A DNA stretch of 61,006 nucleotides, filler included. It is 5 parts of 5 records of this genome, joined end to end, with 100 filler letters (N's around TTAATTAATTAA, not from the genome) between each part and the next. Parts side by side here need not be neighbours in the genome. Positions count along the whole stretch, not along the records: positions 28,470 to 42,690 come from SRR20825006_2198; 4 more parts are not named here. One strand, 5' to 3'. Positions 31,083 through 41,521 of this stretch are shown piece by piece. The notes below the pieces were generated by a model that saw only the letters and a list, made by a program, of their open reading frames with translations, made no database searches and was not told the origin of the DNA. The first letter of the stretch is position 1; each line of letters begins with the position of its first letter. Both the position numbers and the translations under genes were made by a program.

Positions 31083-32438
31083 CTAGCCCTTCGCACCAGC
31101 GCGATAGCCCGCGCCAGGGTGATCATCGCGCAATTGCGGGGTGGATGTGCCCACCAAGCGCTCACGCAATGTTGATTCAGGGTAACCTTCACGCGCATAG
31201 CCACGTTCACGCAAGATCGGCAACACTTTGGTCGCAAAATCCAAGGTTGAACCGGGCTGCGTGACCGGGGTCAGCAAAAAGCCGTCCAGATCGGTGGCGT
31301 CGGCCAGCTCGCAAATATGATCTGCAATCTCTTCGGCTGTGCCAACCAATGGCGCGGGTTTCACGCCATGGGCATGCCAATCTGCCAACACGTCAGCGAC
31401 GGTTTTATCGCCAAAACGTGCAATCTGAGTTTGCGACAGTTCGGTGTGCAGCGAGCTCATTTTTGTTTCTGGTGCGTAAGACGACAGGTCTAGCCCCGTG
31501 AACATGGCATAAGACGCGACAGCAACTTCTGGGTTTTGGGCATCCAAAACCTCTTTATATTTGCGTTCGGCTTCTTCCTTGGTGTCGCCAATCACACATG
31601 AAAAGGCGCTCATCAATTTGATGGAATTGGCATCACGCCCAGCTTTTACAGCCTCATCGCGGATGGACTTGACCTGTTCAGCCAATTTTTCTGCCGTGCC
31701 ACCACCAAGGAAAATACATTCCCCGTGGGTGCCGCCAAATTGGCGACCCCGTGGGGAGGAACCAGCTTGGAACAGAACAGGCGTGCCTTGTGGCGAATAG
31801 GACGTGTTGGCATAGCCATCAGAATTGAAGTGTGTGCCCTTATGCTTGACGCGGTGCACTTTTTTCGGATTGGCGAAATGGCCATCCTTATTGCGCTCAA
31901 TTGCATCTGGCTCCCAAGAACCTTCAAACAATTTATAGGACAATTCCATAAACTCATCGGCCATGTCATAGCGATCATCATGCGCCACCATTGGCACGCC
32001 AAAGGCTTTAACTGCGGTTTCAGCGGTGCCAGTTGTCACCACGTTCCAGCCCAAACGGCCTCCAGAAAAATGGTCCAAGCTCGCCATGCGACGGGCGAAT
32101 GAGTAGGGCTGTTCCAGAAGCGTTGACCCCGTTACCACCAACCCAAGGTTTTTGGTTTGGCTGATCAGCGCGGCAGCGACAATAAACGGGTCCATACGCG
32201 GCAGGTCCAAAGATTCAGTTGAGCAGATATCTGGCCGCTCACCATTCACTTCAGACCAACCCCATGCGTCCGCTAGGAACAGAAAGTCAAGTCCACCTTC
32301 TTCGCAAATGCGAGCGACTTCCTGCCAATATTCTAGACGATCAAAATGATCGCGTTTATTGCCTTTGTGGCGCCATGTGGCGGTGCCGGAATCGTTAGCT
32401 TGTGCGTTCTCAAACACACCAAAACGGAGTTGTTTCAT
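31083..32438 (-). CDS. NtaA/DmoA-family FMN-dependent monooxygenase, probable riboflavin-cleaving enzyme (RcaE-like)
   Basis: FLAD, ASLDHFSGGRLGWNVVT, SPQGTPVLFQAGSS; substrate inferred from flavokinase/reductase/ribokinase context. Confidence 0.85.
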   Translation of the reverse strand: MKQLRFGVFENAQANDSGTATWRHKGNKRDHFDRLEYWQEVARICEEGGLDFLFLADAWGWSEVNGERPDICSTESLDLPRMDPFIVAAALISQTKNLGLVVTGSTLLEQPYSFARRMASLDHFSGGRLGWNVVTTGTAETAVKAFGVPMVAHDDRYDMADEFMELSYKLFEGSWEPDAIERNKDGHFANPKKVHRVKHKGTHFNSDGYANTSYSPQGTPVLFQAGSSPRGRQFGGTHGECIFLGGGTAEKLAEQVKSIRDEAVKAGRDANSIKLMSAFSCVIGDTKEEAERKYKEVLDAQNPEVAVASYAMFTGLDLSSYAPETKMSSLHTELSQTQIARFGDKTVADVLADWHAHGVKPAPLVGTAEEIADHICELADATDLDGFLLTPVTQPGSTLDFATKVLPILRERGYAREGYPESTLRERLVGTSTPQLRDDHPGAGYRAGAKG

Positions 32439-32488
32439 CTTAAAACTCTTTCATTATTAGGGACGGTGAGCGCAAAGAAACCTTCGTC

Positions 32489-33322
32489 CTAGCGCCCAAC
32501 AGCATTCTCGTCGCTCCACCACAGAACCCGCTTGCGGATCATGGCGAGGGCAGCGATCAACACGATGCCCAAAAGGCAAAGCAGTGCGATAGATGCCCAA
32601 ATTACCGGCAAATTGGCCTGCGCAGCGGCAATGGTGAGCAGGGAGCCAAGACCTGCTTGCTGACCTGCAGCCACAAATTCCGCCACAGCAGCACCCACAA
32701 CCGAAAGGGGCAGGGCAATGCGCAAACCGGCAAAGAAGAACGGCATAGAGCCAGGGAAGCGCAGATCACGGAATATCTCCCAGCGACTGGCGTGAAGCGT
32801 GCGCAACACGTCCAATGCACGTGGATCAGCTTCTTTTAACCCTGCAAGCGAGTTCACCAGCATTGGGAAAAAGACAACCAAACCCGTCACAATATATTTG
32901 GGCAACATGCCAAAACCGAACGCCACCACCAGCGCAGGGGCAATAGCCACAACAGGCGTGACCATAATCACCACCATAAGCGGCATAACGGCCCGTTCAA
33001 TCAGCGGAAATTCGCACATAATGACCGCGAGGATAAATCCGGCAAATATGCCCATGCTCGCGCCAATGGCAATTTCTTGCGCGGTGACCAGAAGGTTTGC
33101 CCAATACATTTGCGGCGAACTCATCAGGCTGTTGCCGATCGCATCCAATGTGGGGATCACATAAGGATTTGAATAGGCCACAAGCTGCCATAAAACGGCA
33201 ACCGCAATGAAGGTGATAACGGTGGGGAGGGACGAGAGCGCCATGGCCACCAACTTATAGTCTCGCAACGGCCGCAGAGCTGACCCATCCAATTTTGTAT
33301 CTGTCGGTGTTGTATTAGCCAT
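32489..33322 (-). CDS. ABC transporter permease (SsuC/TauC-like)
   Basis: TPVVAIAP, FFP, P.FFAGLR, GAAVAEF. Confidence 0.9.
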   Translation of the reverse strand: MANTTPTDTKLDGSALRPLRDYKLVAMALSSLPTVITFIAVAVLWQLVAYSNPYVIPTLDAIGNSLMSSPQMYWANLLVTAQEIAIGASMGIFAGFILAVIMCEFPLIERAVMPLMVVIMVTPVVAIAPALVVAFGFGMLPKYIVTGLVVFFPMLVNSLAGLKEADPRALDVLRTLHASRWEIFRDLRFPGSMPFFFAGLRIALPLSVVGAAVAEFVAAGQQAGLGSLLTIAAAQANLPVIWASIALLCLLGIVLIAALAMIRKRVLWWSDENAVGR

Positions 33323-34154
33323 GAGCTTCCCTCATCACTTTTTTCAAACTATTGCGCACATAGCCTTCCAAATCGCGGAACGCGTCCGTTGCATAAGCGG
33401 CTTCCTCACGTGGCCGGGGCAGATCAACTGGAATAATTTCAGCAATTCGCCCAGGATGCGCCGCCATCAAAATAATCCTGTCAGACAACATGATCGCTTC
33501 TGGCACCGAGTGGGTAACAAACATCACCGATTTCCGGTTGGACTGCCAAAACTCGAGCAAGCCCATACGCTGTTGATCACGGTTCATCTCATCAAGTGCT
33601 GAAAACGGTTCGTCCATCAGCATAACTGCGGGGTCAAAAACAAAGGCGCGCGCAATCGCAACACGTTGCTGCATCCCGCCAGACAATTGACCGGGAAATT
33701 TGTGCATGGCATTGCCCAGCCCAAACGAGCGCAACAAGGCTTCCGGGTCGCGCAAATCGCGACCCTTATTGGCACCTTTGTTGATCAAGAGCGGTAAGCG
33801 CACATTGTCCAGCACCGTGCGCCAAGGCAACAATGCCGGGGATTGCGGCACCAAACCAATCGATTTAGCTTCCGCGGCGGCCTTAACGGGGCTGCCATTG
33901 ATCTCAACTTGACCGGCATCGGCCTTGGAAAGCCCTGCCACAAGTTTCAACAATGTAGATTTGCCACACCCGCTTGGCCCGATAACTGAAACAAATTCGC
34001 CCTTTTTGATGTCAAAGCTGACATCATCAAGAACCGTGATTTTTGCGCCTTCGGGGCCAAACCCTTTAGACACATTTCTCACCATCACGCCAACATCATC
34101 ATCCTTAGGAAGTGATGATGCTGGCTGGCTGCTAACATCTTGCATCAACATCAC
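33315..34154 (-). CDS. ABC transporter ATP-binding protein
   Basis: GPSGCGKST, LSGGMQQR, MDEPFSALD. Confidence 0.92.
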   Translation of the reverse strand: MMLMQDVSSQPASSLPKDDDVGVMVRNVSKGFGPEGAKITVLDDVSFDIKKGEFVSVIGPSGCGKSTLLKLVAGLSKADAGQVEINGSPVKAAAEAKSIGLVPQSPALLPWRTVLDNVRLPLLINKGANKGRDLRDPEALLRSFGLGNAMHKFPGQLSGGMQQRVAIARAFVFDPAVMLMDEPFSALDEMNRDQQRMGLLEFWQSNRKSVMFVTHSVPEAIMLSDRIILMAAHPGRIAEIIPVDLPRPREEAAYATDAFRDLEGYVRNSLKKVMREAHG

Positions 34155-34157
34155 CGA

Positions 34158-35264
34158 TTAGCGTGGCCACTGAAGCTGGCCATCCTTATAGAGATCAGCC
34201 ACAAGGTCCGCGTCCATCATTTCGTCAATGGCTGGGAGTTCAGCAAGTTCGCCATATTTGGCAACCATGGCGTGCTCATTTTCCCAATCAGCTGGGGAGT
34301 GGGCACCCGGTGCTTTATTGCTGTTGCGCACCCACGAGGATTCAACAGCCCAAGTACGAGCTTGCTGATCAGCCGGGAAGGCAGACCCTTGGTTGTTTGC
34401 CGCAGCAAGTGCGCTGATTTGCTCAACGCAATCTTGTTCGTTCGCCAAACAATATTCTAGCGCACGCAATGAAGCCCGCATGAAATCAGCCGCCACTTCA
34501 CGGTTTTCTTCCAAGAACTGCGAGTTGACTTCCATCACATTATAGGTGCCTTGCAGGCCATAATCTTCTGGGCGGAACTCATTGAATGGCATGCCGAGCG
34601 AACGCAGTTTCTCAGGCTGGTTTGATGCATAACCAACAATAGCATCCACTTGGCCACGTGGCACAACAGTGGGGTCATAATTGGTCATTTTGATCAGGCT
34701 GACTTTTGACATATCAACGCCAGCAGCGTCCAACATGGCTTTTGCGATTGGCGTGATATTGATGAAATAGCCAAGCGTGCCGCCTTCCAAATCTTTCAAA
34801 GATTTGATTTTCTCGTTCGCAAAAATCGAAAAAGGCGAGTTGTTGCCATAAGTGGCAACGGCTTTCAAATTCCGGCTGTTTGCAGCGGCCAACATCACAT
34901 CTGAGGCGGAGCCAAGAGCGGTGAACTGGGCTTGGCCTGATGCCACCAGCAATTGACCATTTGCACCGCCTGCATTGATTTCAACATCAAGGCAAAGCGC
35001 ATCAAAAAAGCCAAATTCTTTCGCCAAAAACACATCCAACTGCCCAGCGCTGGCTGAATAACCATAGCCGGACACATAGGTAATGGTGCCAACAGATTGG
35101 TTGCGCTCACACTCTTCAGCGCTGATCGCCACATTGTCTTGCGCCAAGGCGCTGCTGGCCATCAAGCTGGCGGGCAGGGACGCAGCCGCCGCAAGTGCAA
35201 TCGTTCCAAACGTAGACGCAAAGGCACGACCTTTGTGTCCTAAATTACGCGAATCCATTCTCAT
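34158..35264 (-). CDS. ABC substrate-binding protein (NMT1/THI5-like), probable riboflavin uptake
   Basis: Signal peptide, GFF....LDVEI, GYASNQP; first gene of minus-strand operon. Confidence 0.8.
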   Translation of the reverse strand: MRMDSRNLGHKGRAFASTFGTIALAAAASLPASLMASSALAQDNVAISAEECERNQSVGTITYVSGYGYSASAGQLDVFLAKEFGFFDALCLDVEINAGGANGQLLVASGQAQFTALGSASDVMLAAANSRNLKAVATYGNNSPFSIFANEKIKSLKDLEGGTLGYFINITPIAKAMLDAAGVDMSKVSLIKMTNYDPTVVPRGQVDAIVGYASNQPEKLRSLGMPFNEFRPEDYGLQGTYNVMEVNSQFLEENREVAADFMRASLRALEYCLANEQDCVEQISALAAANNQGSAFPADQQARTWAVESSWVRNSNKAPGAHSPADWENEHAMVAKYGELAELPAIDEMMDADLVADLYKDGQLQWPR

Positions 35265-35318
35265 GATTCATCTCCTCTCCTCGCAATTCATGCAAAAAGT
35301 TACATATTTAAATTCAAT

Positions 35319-35334
35319 TAGTCAACTTTGAATA
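35319..35334. promoter_or_regulatory. candidate PadR operator upstream of transporter/monooxygenase operon
   Basis: TAGTCAACTTTGAATA near-palindrome, similar to 29506-29521. Confidence 0.45.
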
Positions 35335-35529
35335 ATATGATTGTGAATAATGAGAGTGCACGTACTTGATCTGCTGATTAATCGATAAATTTCAATGAGA
35401 TATGCGTGCGGAACCGCCGAGAGAATGCTCGTCGCTACATGTTCGTATAAATATTTTTGAATGTAAAGCTTGGAGATTTTTTGACAGAATGTCGCAGCGG
35501 AAAGTGCGCGTCTAAGTGCAAATTGATGC

Positions 35530-35564
35530 AAAAAAAACGGCGCCCAAAATCAATTTGGACGCCG
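35530..35564 (-). terminator. rho-independent terminator of mmsA
   Basis: CGGCGCCCAAA...TTTGGACGCCG hairpin with A8 run on + strand. Confidence 0.7.
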
Positions 35565-35582
35565 AGGGGAGGAGAAGGGAAT

Positions 35583-37082
35583 TTAGCCCAATGTTGGCAT
35601 GGAAAATTGTGCATCAGCGCGCATACCCGTCGGCCAACGGCTGGTGGTGGTTTTCATGCGGGTATAGAACCGCACACCTTCCATGCCATGCATGTGATGG
35701 TCGCCAAATAGGGAAGCCTTCCAGCCGCCAAAGCTGTAAAACGCCATCGGCACGGGGATCGGCACATTGACGCCAACCATGCCCACTTCAATTTCTTCGC
35801 TAAAGGAGCGCGCCACGTCGCCATCGCGGGTGAAGATGGAAACGCCATTGGCATATTGATGGCCATGGATCAGCTCAACAGCATCCTGATAGGAATTGCG
35901 GCGGATCATGGTGAGCACCGGACCAAAAATCTCTTCTTTGGAAATGGTCATGTCCGGTTCTGCATGGTCAAACAGCGAGCCGCCAATAAAGAAACCATCT
36001 TCATGGCCTTGCGGCTTTTTGAATGTGCGCCCATCCACAACCAGCTTTGCGCCTTCTTCAATGCCCTTATCGATATAAGAGGTGACTTTGGCCAAGTGTT
36101 CGCCAGTGACGAGTGGACCCATTTCCATGCCTCGTTCAAGCGACGGACCAACTTTTAAAGCTTCAATTTTCGGCACTAGTTTTTCCACCAACGCATCTGC
36201 AACCGCGTCAGTAACGGGCACAGCCACTGAGATGGCCATGCACCGTTCGCCTGCCGAACCATATGCTGCACCCATCAAGGCATTGGCCGCCATGTCCAAA
36301 TCGGCATCTGGCATGATCACCATATGGTTCTTCGCACCGCCAAGGGCTTGCACCCGCTTGCCATTCGCAGTGCCTTTTTGGTGGATATATTGCGCGATGG
36401 GGGTGGAGCCAACAAAGCTGATGGCTTTCACATCGGGATGCTCAAGCAAGGCATCCACGGCCACTTTATCGCCATTGACCACGTTGAACACGCCATCTGG
36501 TAATCCTGCCTCTTTTAGCCATTCGGCAATCAACATAGGCGCCGACGGATCGCGCTCACTCGGCTTGAGGATGAAGCAGTTGCCTGTGGCCAGCGCGACA
36601 GGGAACATCCACATCGGAACCATAGCGGGGAAGTTAAACGGGGTGATGCCTGCCACTACGCCTAATGCCTGGCGCACCATGTGGCTGTCTACGCCTGTGC
36701 CAACATTTTCAGAAAATTCCCCTTTCAAGAGGTGGGGCATGCCAGTGGCGAACTCAACAACTTCAAGCCCGCGGGTGACTTCGCCCTGCGCGTCGTCAAA
36801 CGTTTTGCCATGTTCAAGCGACACAACACGAGCGAGTTCATCCAACCGATCCCATAGAATGGTTTTGAACTTGTCTAGAATACGTACTCGACGCAGGGCC
36901 GGCGTTTTAGACCATGCAGGCCATGCAGCTTTGGCTGCTGCGACCGCTTGATCGACTTCCTGCGTGCTGGCTAGCGCGACTTGCGCGCTGACTTCGCCGG
37001 TTGATGGGTTGAAAACATCTTTTGCCTGGCCTGATGTGCCCGCAACTTGCTGATTAGAAATGAAATGTCCAATAGACGCCAT
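35583..37082 (-). CDS. mmsA: CoA-acylating methylmalonate-semialdehyde dehydrogenase
   Basis: [37 protein letters not shown]. Confidence 0.95.
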   Translation of the reverse strand: MASIGHFISNQQVAGTSGQAKDVFNPSTGEVSAQVALASTQEVDQAVAAAKAAWPAWSKTPALRRVRILDKFKTILWDRLDELARVVSLEHGKTFDDAQGEVTRGLEVVEFATGMPHLLKGEFSENVGTGVDSHMVRQALGVVAGITPFNFPAMVPMWMFPVALATGNCFILKPSERDPSAPMLIAEWLKEAGLPDGVFNVVNGDKVAVDALLEHPDVKAISFVGSTPIAQYIHQKGTANGKRVQALGGAKNHMVIMPDADLDMAANALMGAAYGSAGERCMAISVAVPVTDAVADALVEKLVPKIEALKVGPSLERGMEMGPLVTGEHLAKVTSYIDKGIEEGAKLVVDGRTFKKPQGHEDGFFIGGSLFDHAEPDMTISKEEIFGPVLTMIRRNSYQDAVELIHGHQYANGVSIFTRDGDVARSFSEEIEVGMVGVNVPIPVPMAFYSFGGWKASLFGDHHMHGMEGVRFYTRMKTTTSRWPTGMRADAQFSMPTLG

Positions 37083-37118
37083 GATAATCGCTCCTTTGCC
37101 TTTGGATCACCATACACA

Positions 37119-37173
37119 TTGCAAAAATGGAACTAAACGCGCATAATTGCGTAACTGAATTGCAAAAAGCGAA
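37119..37173. promoter_or_regulatory. LysR-type binding sites
   Basis: Two T-N11-A-type boxes, TTGCAAAAATGGAA (37119) and TTGCAAAAAGCGAA (37160), between divergent mmsA and LysR. Confidence 0.5.
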
Positions 37174-37180
37174 ATAAGAT

Positions 37181-38062
37181 ATGAATTGGGACGATGCGCG
37201 AATGTTCCTCGCCGTGGGGCGCCATGGTCAATTTCTGGCCGCGTCCCGCACGCTGGGCATCAACCAGGCCACTTTAAGTCGTAGGATTTCGGCATTGGAA
37301 GCAGATGTCGGCAGCAAATTGCTGGTACGCCGCACCAATGGCTGCGAGTTGACCGAAGCAGGGCGCAAAATGTTGACCGCATTGGAACAGGCCGAAAGCA
37401 ATATAATGGACGGTCTTGAAGGCGTTTCGCATCAAGATTCTGATGTGAGCGGCACCGTGCGGATTGGCGCGCCAGATGGCTTCGGCATTGGCTTTTTGGC
37501 GGCGCGACTTGGGGCGCTGGATGCAAAGCACCCCAATTTGAAAATCGAACTGGTGCCAGTGCCGCGCAGTTTTTCACTTTCTCAGCGAGAGGCTGATATC
37601 GCGGTGATGGTGGGACGGCCAGATAAGGGCCGCTTGGTGGTCCGCAAGTTGGTCGATTATAGTTTGGGACTTTATGCTGCCGAGAGCTATCTGGACCAAG
37701 CAGGTCGTCCGCAATCACGCAATGATCTGGCTGATCACAAGTTGATCGGCTTTGTAGATGATCTCATCTATGCACCATCACTGGACTATGTGCAGGAATT
37801 TTACCGGGGTTGGCGATCTAGCGTTGCCGTGTCGAGCGCGACGGGGCAGGTGGAGGCGGCAAAAGGCGGCGCGGGCATTGCCATTTTGCACGATTATCTT
37901 GTTTTGCCAGAAAGTGGCCTAGAGCCTGTGTTGCCCGATTTAAAGATCACTCGATCCTACTGGCTGGCCGTGCATGAAAGCCAGCGCAATTTGGCGCGCA
38001 TTGCAGCGGTGAATGACTTTTTGATTGAGATTGTAGGCAAAGAACGAAATCTGTTTGCCTAA
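37181..38062 (+). CDS. LysR family regulator
   Basis: MNWDD, HTH LGINQATLSRRI, READIA. Confidence 0.92.
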   Translation: MNWDDARMFLAVGRHGQFLAASRTLGINQATLSRRISALEADVGSKLLVRRTNGCELTEAGRKMLTALEQAESNIMDGLEGVSHQDSDVSGTVRIGAPDGFGIGFLAARLGALDAKHPNLKIELVPVPRSFSLSQREADIAVMVGRPDKGRLVVRKLVDYSLGLYAAESYLDQAGRPQSRNDLADHKLIGFVDDLIYAPSLDYVQEFYRGWRSSVAVSSATGQVEAAKGGAGIAILHDYLVLPESGLEPVLPDLKITRSYWLAVHESQRNLARIAAVNDFLIEIVGKERNLFA

Positions 38063-39078
38063 AGCGGCGCGGTGCTTTGTCGGGGGATGAGTTTCACATC
38101 TACTTGCTGCACGGGCGTGGTTTGCGGCGGTAAGCGATTGGCGAGTTGGTCCAGAAGATAGGACGCGGCCAAAACGCCGATTTGTGTGCGGTTTTGCCGG
38201 ATGGTGGTGAGCGACGGAATGAAGCTGCCAGCAATTTCAATATCATCAAAGCCGACCACAGAAATATCATCCGGCACTTTCAGGCCGCGACGCGATATTT
38301 CGGAAATAAAGCCCATGGCAATCAAGTCGGAACCGCAAGTGATTGCAGTTGGCCGTTCTGTCATTTCCATAAAGGAGCGGGCGGCTTGGGCACCCGCATC
38401 AAGAGAAAAGGCGCCGCCATCGATAAAGAAATCGCGGTTGATGGGCAGGTCTAGCTGTTCCATCGCGCTTTCAACGCCACGCAAACGCTCTTTTGTCAGC
38501 ACATTGTTGCGCGGGCCGGAAATATGGCCGATTTTACGATGGCCTAAACTGTGCAAATGCTCGACCGCTTGGATGGCGCCGCCAAAATTGTCGCTGCGGA
38601 CAGAGGGGAATTCAAACTCAGGTTTCCATTCGCAAGCAAAGATAATGCGATTGCCAAAAGCGGAATTTTGCATCTGCGTAAGAACATCACGCGGAATAGC
38701 GCCATCCAGAATGATCATGCCATCCGCGCGCATATCCATGAAGTAATCCAAGAGATTGTCTTCACGTATGCCCTTGGTGTCTGACACCAGCAAGCTCAAA
38801 TCTGAGGTGGTGAAAACACTCTCGATACCAGATAGAATTTGCGAAAAGAATGGGTTGCCCAAATCCGGGAGCAGGGCAAGGATCGCATCCGACTGCCGCT
38901 TTCTTAGGTTTTTCGCGGCGCGATTCACGCGATAACCAGTGCGCTTAACCGCGTCCAAAACCAGTTCACGGGTTTTCTCTGAAACCAAATCTGGGTTAGA
39001 AAGGGCGCGGCTTACCGTGGCTGTGGATACGCCAGCAACGGTTGCAACATCTTGAATTTTGGGGCTTTTCCCGTCCAT
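38059..39078 (-). CDS. LacI family regulator
   Basis: IQDVA..AGVSTATVSRAL, VPDDISVVGFDD, LTTIRQ. Confidence 0.94.
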   Translation of the reverse strand: MDGKSPKIQDVATVAGVSTATVSRALSNPDLVSEKTRELVLDAVKRTGYRVNRAAKNLRKRQSDAILALLPDLGNPFFSQILSGIESVFTTSDLSLLVSDTKGIREDNLLDYFMDMRADGMIILDGAIPRDVLTQMQNSAFGNRIIFACEWKPEFEFPSVRSDNFGGAIQAVEHLHSLGHRKIGHISGPRNNVLTKERLRGVESAMEQLDLPINRDFFIDGGAFSLDAGAQAARSFMEMTERPTAITCGSDLIAMGFISEISRRGLKVPDDISVVGFDDIEIAGSFIPSLTTIRQNRTQIGVLAASYLLDQLANRLPPQTTPVQQVDVKLIPRQSTAPL

Positions 39079-39154
39079 AAGTTGCGGTCCTTTTCCTCAC
39101 CTTCTTCCAGTCATAAACAAATTCTTGACAAAATCAAATCTTTGATTGATCGTT

Positions 39155-39201
39155 TGTAATCGATTACAGAAAACGATTGCAGTTTAATGTAATCGATTGC
39201 A
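39155..39201. promoter_or_regulatory. tandem LacI-type operators
   Basis: Perfect palindrome TGTAATCGATTACA (39155-39168) and TGTAATCGATTGCA (39188-39201), downstream of TTGACA (39125-39130). Confidence 0.75.
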
Positions 39202-39263
39202 CAAACTTTGCTGGTAGGAGGCCAGAAAAGCGGGTGCGAACGGTCGATTTTAGGGAGGAACAA

Positions 39264-40508
39264 ATGGACCAATTGAAGAAATTTCTAATCGCAACCTCAG
39301 CAATGGGTGCGATGAGCGTGGGCAGCGCAGCGCTGGCTGCCGATCTGGAAGTCACCCACTGGTGGACATCTGGCGGCGAAGCAGCAGCTGTGGCTGAATT
39401 TGCCAAAGCATTTAACGAGAAAACGGACCACAATTGGGTGGATGGCGCCATAGCTGGCTCTGGCGGCACAGCGCGGCCAATCATCATCAGCCGTATTTTG
39501 GGCGGGGACCCAATGGCGGCAACCCAGTTGAACCACGGTCGTCAGGCGGAAGAGCTGATCGAAGCCGGATTGATGCTGGATTTGACCGATGTGGCTGAAG
39601 CTGAAGGCTGGCGTGATGTGGTGCATCCAGTATCATTGCTTGATAGCTGCACCGTTGATGGGCGCGTTTATTGCGTGCCGGTGAACATTCACTCTTGGCA
39701 ATGGCTATGGCTAAGCCATCAGGCATATGCCGATGCGGGCGTTGATGTGCCGACAAACTGGAGCGAATTTGTTGCAGCGGCACCAGCTTTGGAAGCCGCA
39801 GACAAAGTGCCATTGGCGATGGGCCAGCAAGGGTGGCAAACTTCAGGCGCATTTGGCGTGATCAACGTGGCCATTGGTGGGCTTGATTTGTGGCGCAAAA
39901 TCAATGTGGACAAAGACGCGGCAGCAGCAGCGAGCCCTGAAATGTTGGAAGTGTTCCAAGCCTTTGCTGAAGCACGTTCACTGTCGTCTGGCTCAAATGT
40001 TCAAGATTGGAACTTGGCCACCAACATGGTGATCACTGGACAAGCCGGTGGACAAATCATGGGTGACTGGGCGCAAGGTGAGTTCCAAGTGGCTGGCCAA
40101 ACCGCAGGCGAAGACTACACCTGTTTGCCAGGTCTGGGCGTGAACGAAATCATCTCCACTGGTGGTGACGCATTCTACTTCCCGAAAACGGATGACCCAG
40201 AAATCACCGCTGCACAAAAAGAATTGGCGAGCCTGATGCTCTCCAAAGAAGTGCAGGTGGCGTTCAATCTGAAAAAAGGCTCTCTGCCTGTGCGGGGTGA
40301 CGTTGACCTGCAAGCAGCAAACGACTGCATGCGTAAAGGCCTCGATATCTTGGCCAAAGGCAACATAATGCCAAGTGGTGACCAGCTGTTGACTGCGGAT
40401 ACCTCGTCGCAAATCGAAGATTTGCTGGTCGAGTTCTGGAGTGACACCAGCATGACGGCAGAAATGGCGCAAGAACGCTACGCCGACATCATCTCAAACG
40501 CTGACTAA
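39264..40508 (+). CDS. sugar (glucose/mannose-type) ABC substrate-binding protein
   Basis: LEVTHWWTSGGEAAA, VPVNIH, MGDWA.GEF, FN.KKGS.P; GGGAGG RBS. Confidence 0.9.
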   Translation: MDQLKKFLIATSAMGAMSVGSAALAADLEVTHWWTSGGEAAAVAEFAKAFNEKTDHNWVDGAIAGSGGTARPIIISRILGGDPMAATQLNHGRQAEELIEAGLMLDLTDVAEAEGWRDVVHPVSLLDSCTVDGRVYCVPVNIHSWQWLWLSHQAYADAGVDVPTNWSEFVAAAPALEAADKVPLAMGQQGWQTSGAFGVINVAIGGLDLWRKINVDKDAAAAASPEMLEVFQAFAEARSLSSGSNVQDWNLATNMVITGQAGGQIMGDWAQGEFQVAGQTAGEDYTCLPGLGVNEIISTGGDAFYFPKTDDPEITAAQKELASLMLSKEVQVAFNLKKGSLPVRGDVDLQAANDCMRKGLDILAKGNIMPSGDQLLTADTSSQIEDLLVEFWSDTSMTAEMAQERYADIISNAD

Positions 40509-40624
40509 TTGCTCCCGTGACCGGGGCTGGTTCTTCGCTTAGGCATAAGAGCCAGCTCTGCGCTCAAGGTTCGCGCGTCGATTAAACGTGCGAACCCTTT
40601 CGCAAGACTTGAGAGGCATTTCAC

Positions 40625-41521
40625 ATGGCGGGCGCAAAACAACCCGTGCGCATTTTGCGCAACTTGAATGCGAAAATCGCAGCGCTGCCCATGATCGCCA
40701 CGGCTTTGGTGATTTTTGTGGGCTGCACAGTCTGGACGATTGTTCATTCATTCACAAAATCCAGATTGCTGCCGAAACTCGAATTTGTCGGCTTCGATCA
40801 ATATGAACGGCTTTGGAGCACGCGCCGCTGGCTGATCTCCATTGAGAATTTGGCTTATTATGGTATTGGCTCACTGGTGTTCTCGCTCACCATCGGCTTT
40901 TTGCTTGCAGCCTTACTGGATCAAAAAATCCGGTTCGAAAACACATTTCGCACCATTATTCTCTATCCATTTGCCTTGAGCTTCATTGTGACCGGCCTTG
41001 TCTGGCAGTGGATACTCAACCCTGAATTTGGCATTCAGCATATTGTGCGCTCGCTCGGTTTCGAAAGCTTTGTGTTCGATCCGCTTTATACGCCAGATAT
41101 CGTGATCTTCGGCGTTTTGATTGCTGGGCTTTGGCAGGGTACAGGATTCATCATGGTGATCATGCTTTCCGGCTTGCGCGGCATTGATGGTGAAATTTGG
41201 AAAGCGGCGCGCATTGACGGCATTCCGAAATGGAAAACCTATCTTTTCATCGTCATCCCGATGATGCGCCCAACCTTCGTGACTGCGCTCGTGTTGATCT
41301 CGGCCGGCATCATCAAAGTTTATGACCTTGTGGTGGCGCAAACCAATGGCGGGCCAGGCATCGCTTCTGAAGTGCCAGCTAAATATGTTTATGACGCCAT
41401 GTTTAGAAGCCAGAATTTGGGGCAGGGCTTCGCCGCTTCCACCATGATGCTGCTTAGCGTGTTGGTGGTGCTGATCCCCTGGGCATATTTAGAATTTGGG
41501 GGCCGCAAAAATGGCAAATAA
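40625..41521 (+). CDS. carbohydrate ABC permease
   Basis: FRTIILYPFALSFIVTG, AARIDG EAA loop. Confidence 0.92.
   Translation: MAGAKQPVRILRNLNAKIAALPMIATALVIFVGCTVWTIVHSFTKSRLLPKLEFVGFDQYERLWSTRRWLISIENLAYYGIGSLVFSLTIGFLLAALLDQKIRFENTFRTIILYPFALSFIVTGLVWQWILNPEFGIQHIVRSLGFESFVFDPLYTPDIVIFGVLIAGLWQGTGFIMVIMLSGLRGIDGEIWKAARIDGIPKWKTYLFIVIPMMRPTFVTALVLISAGIIKVYDLVVAQTNGGPGIASEVPAKYVYDAMFRSQNLGQGFAASTMMLLSVLVVLIPWAYLEFGGRKNGK

Noticed and set aside
35265-35530. FMN riboswitch upstream of the putative riboflavin transporter
   Set aside because: No RFN conserved segments recognisable; region is AT-rich and better explained by a PadR operator
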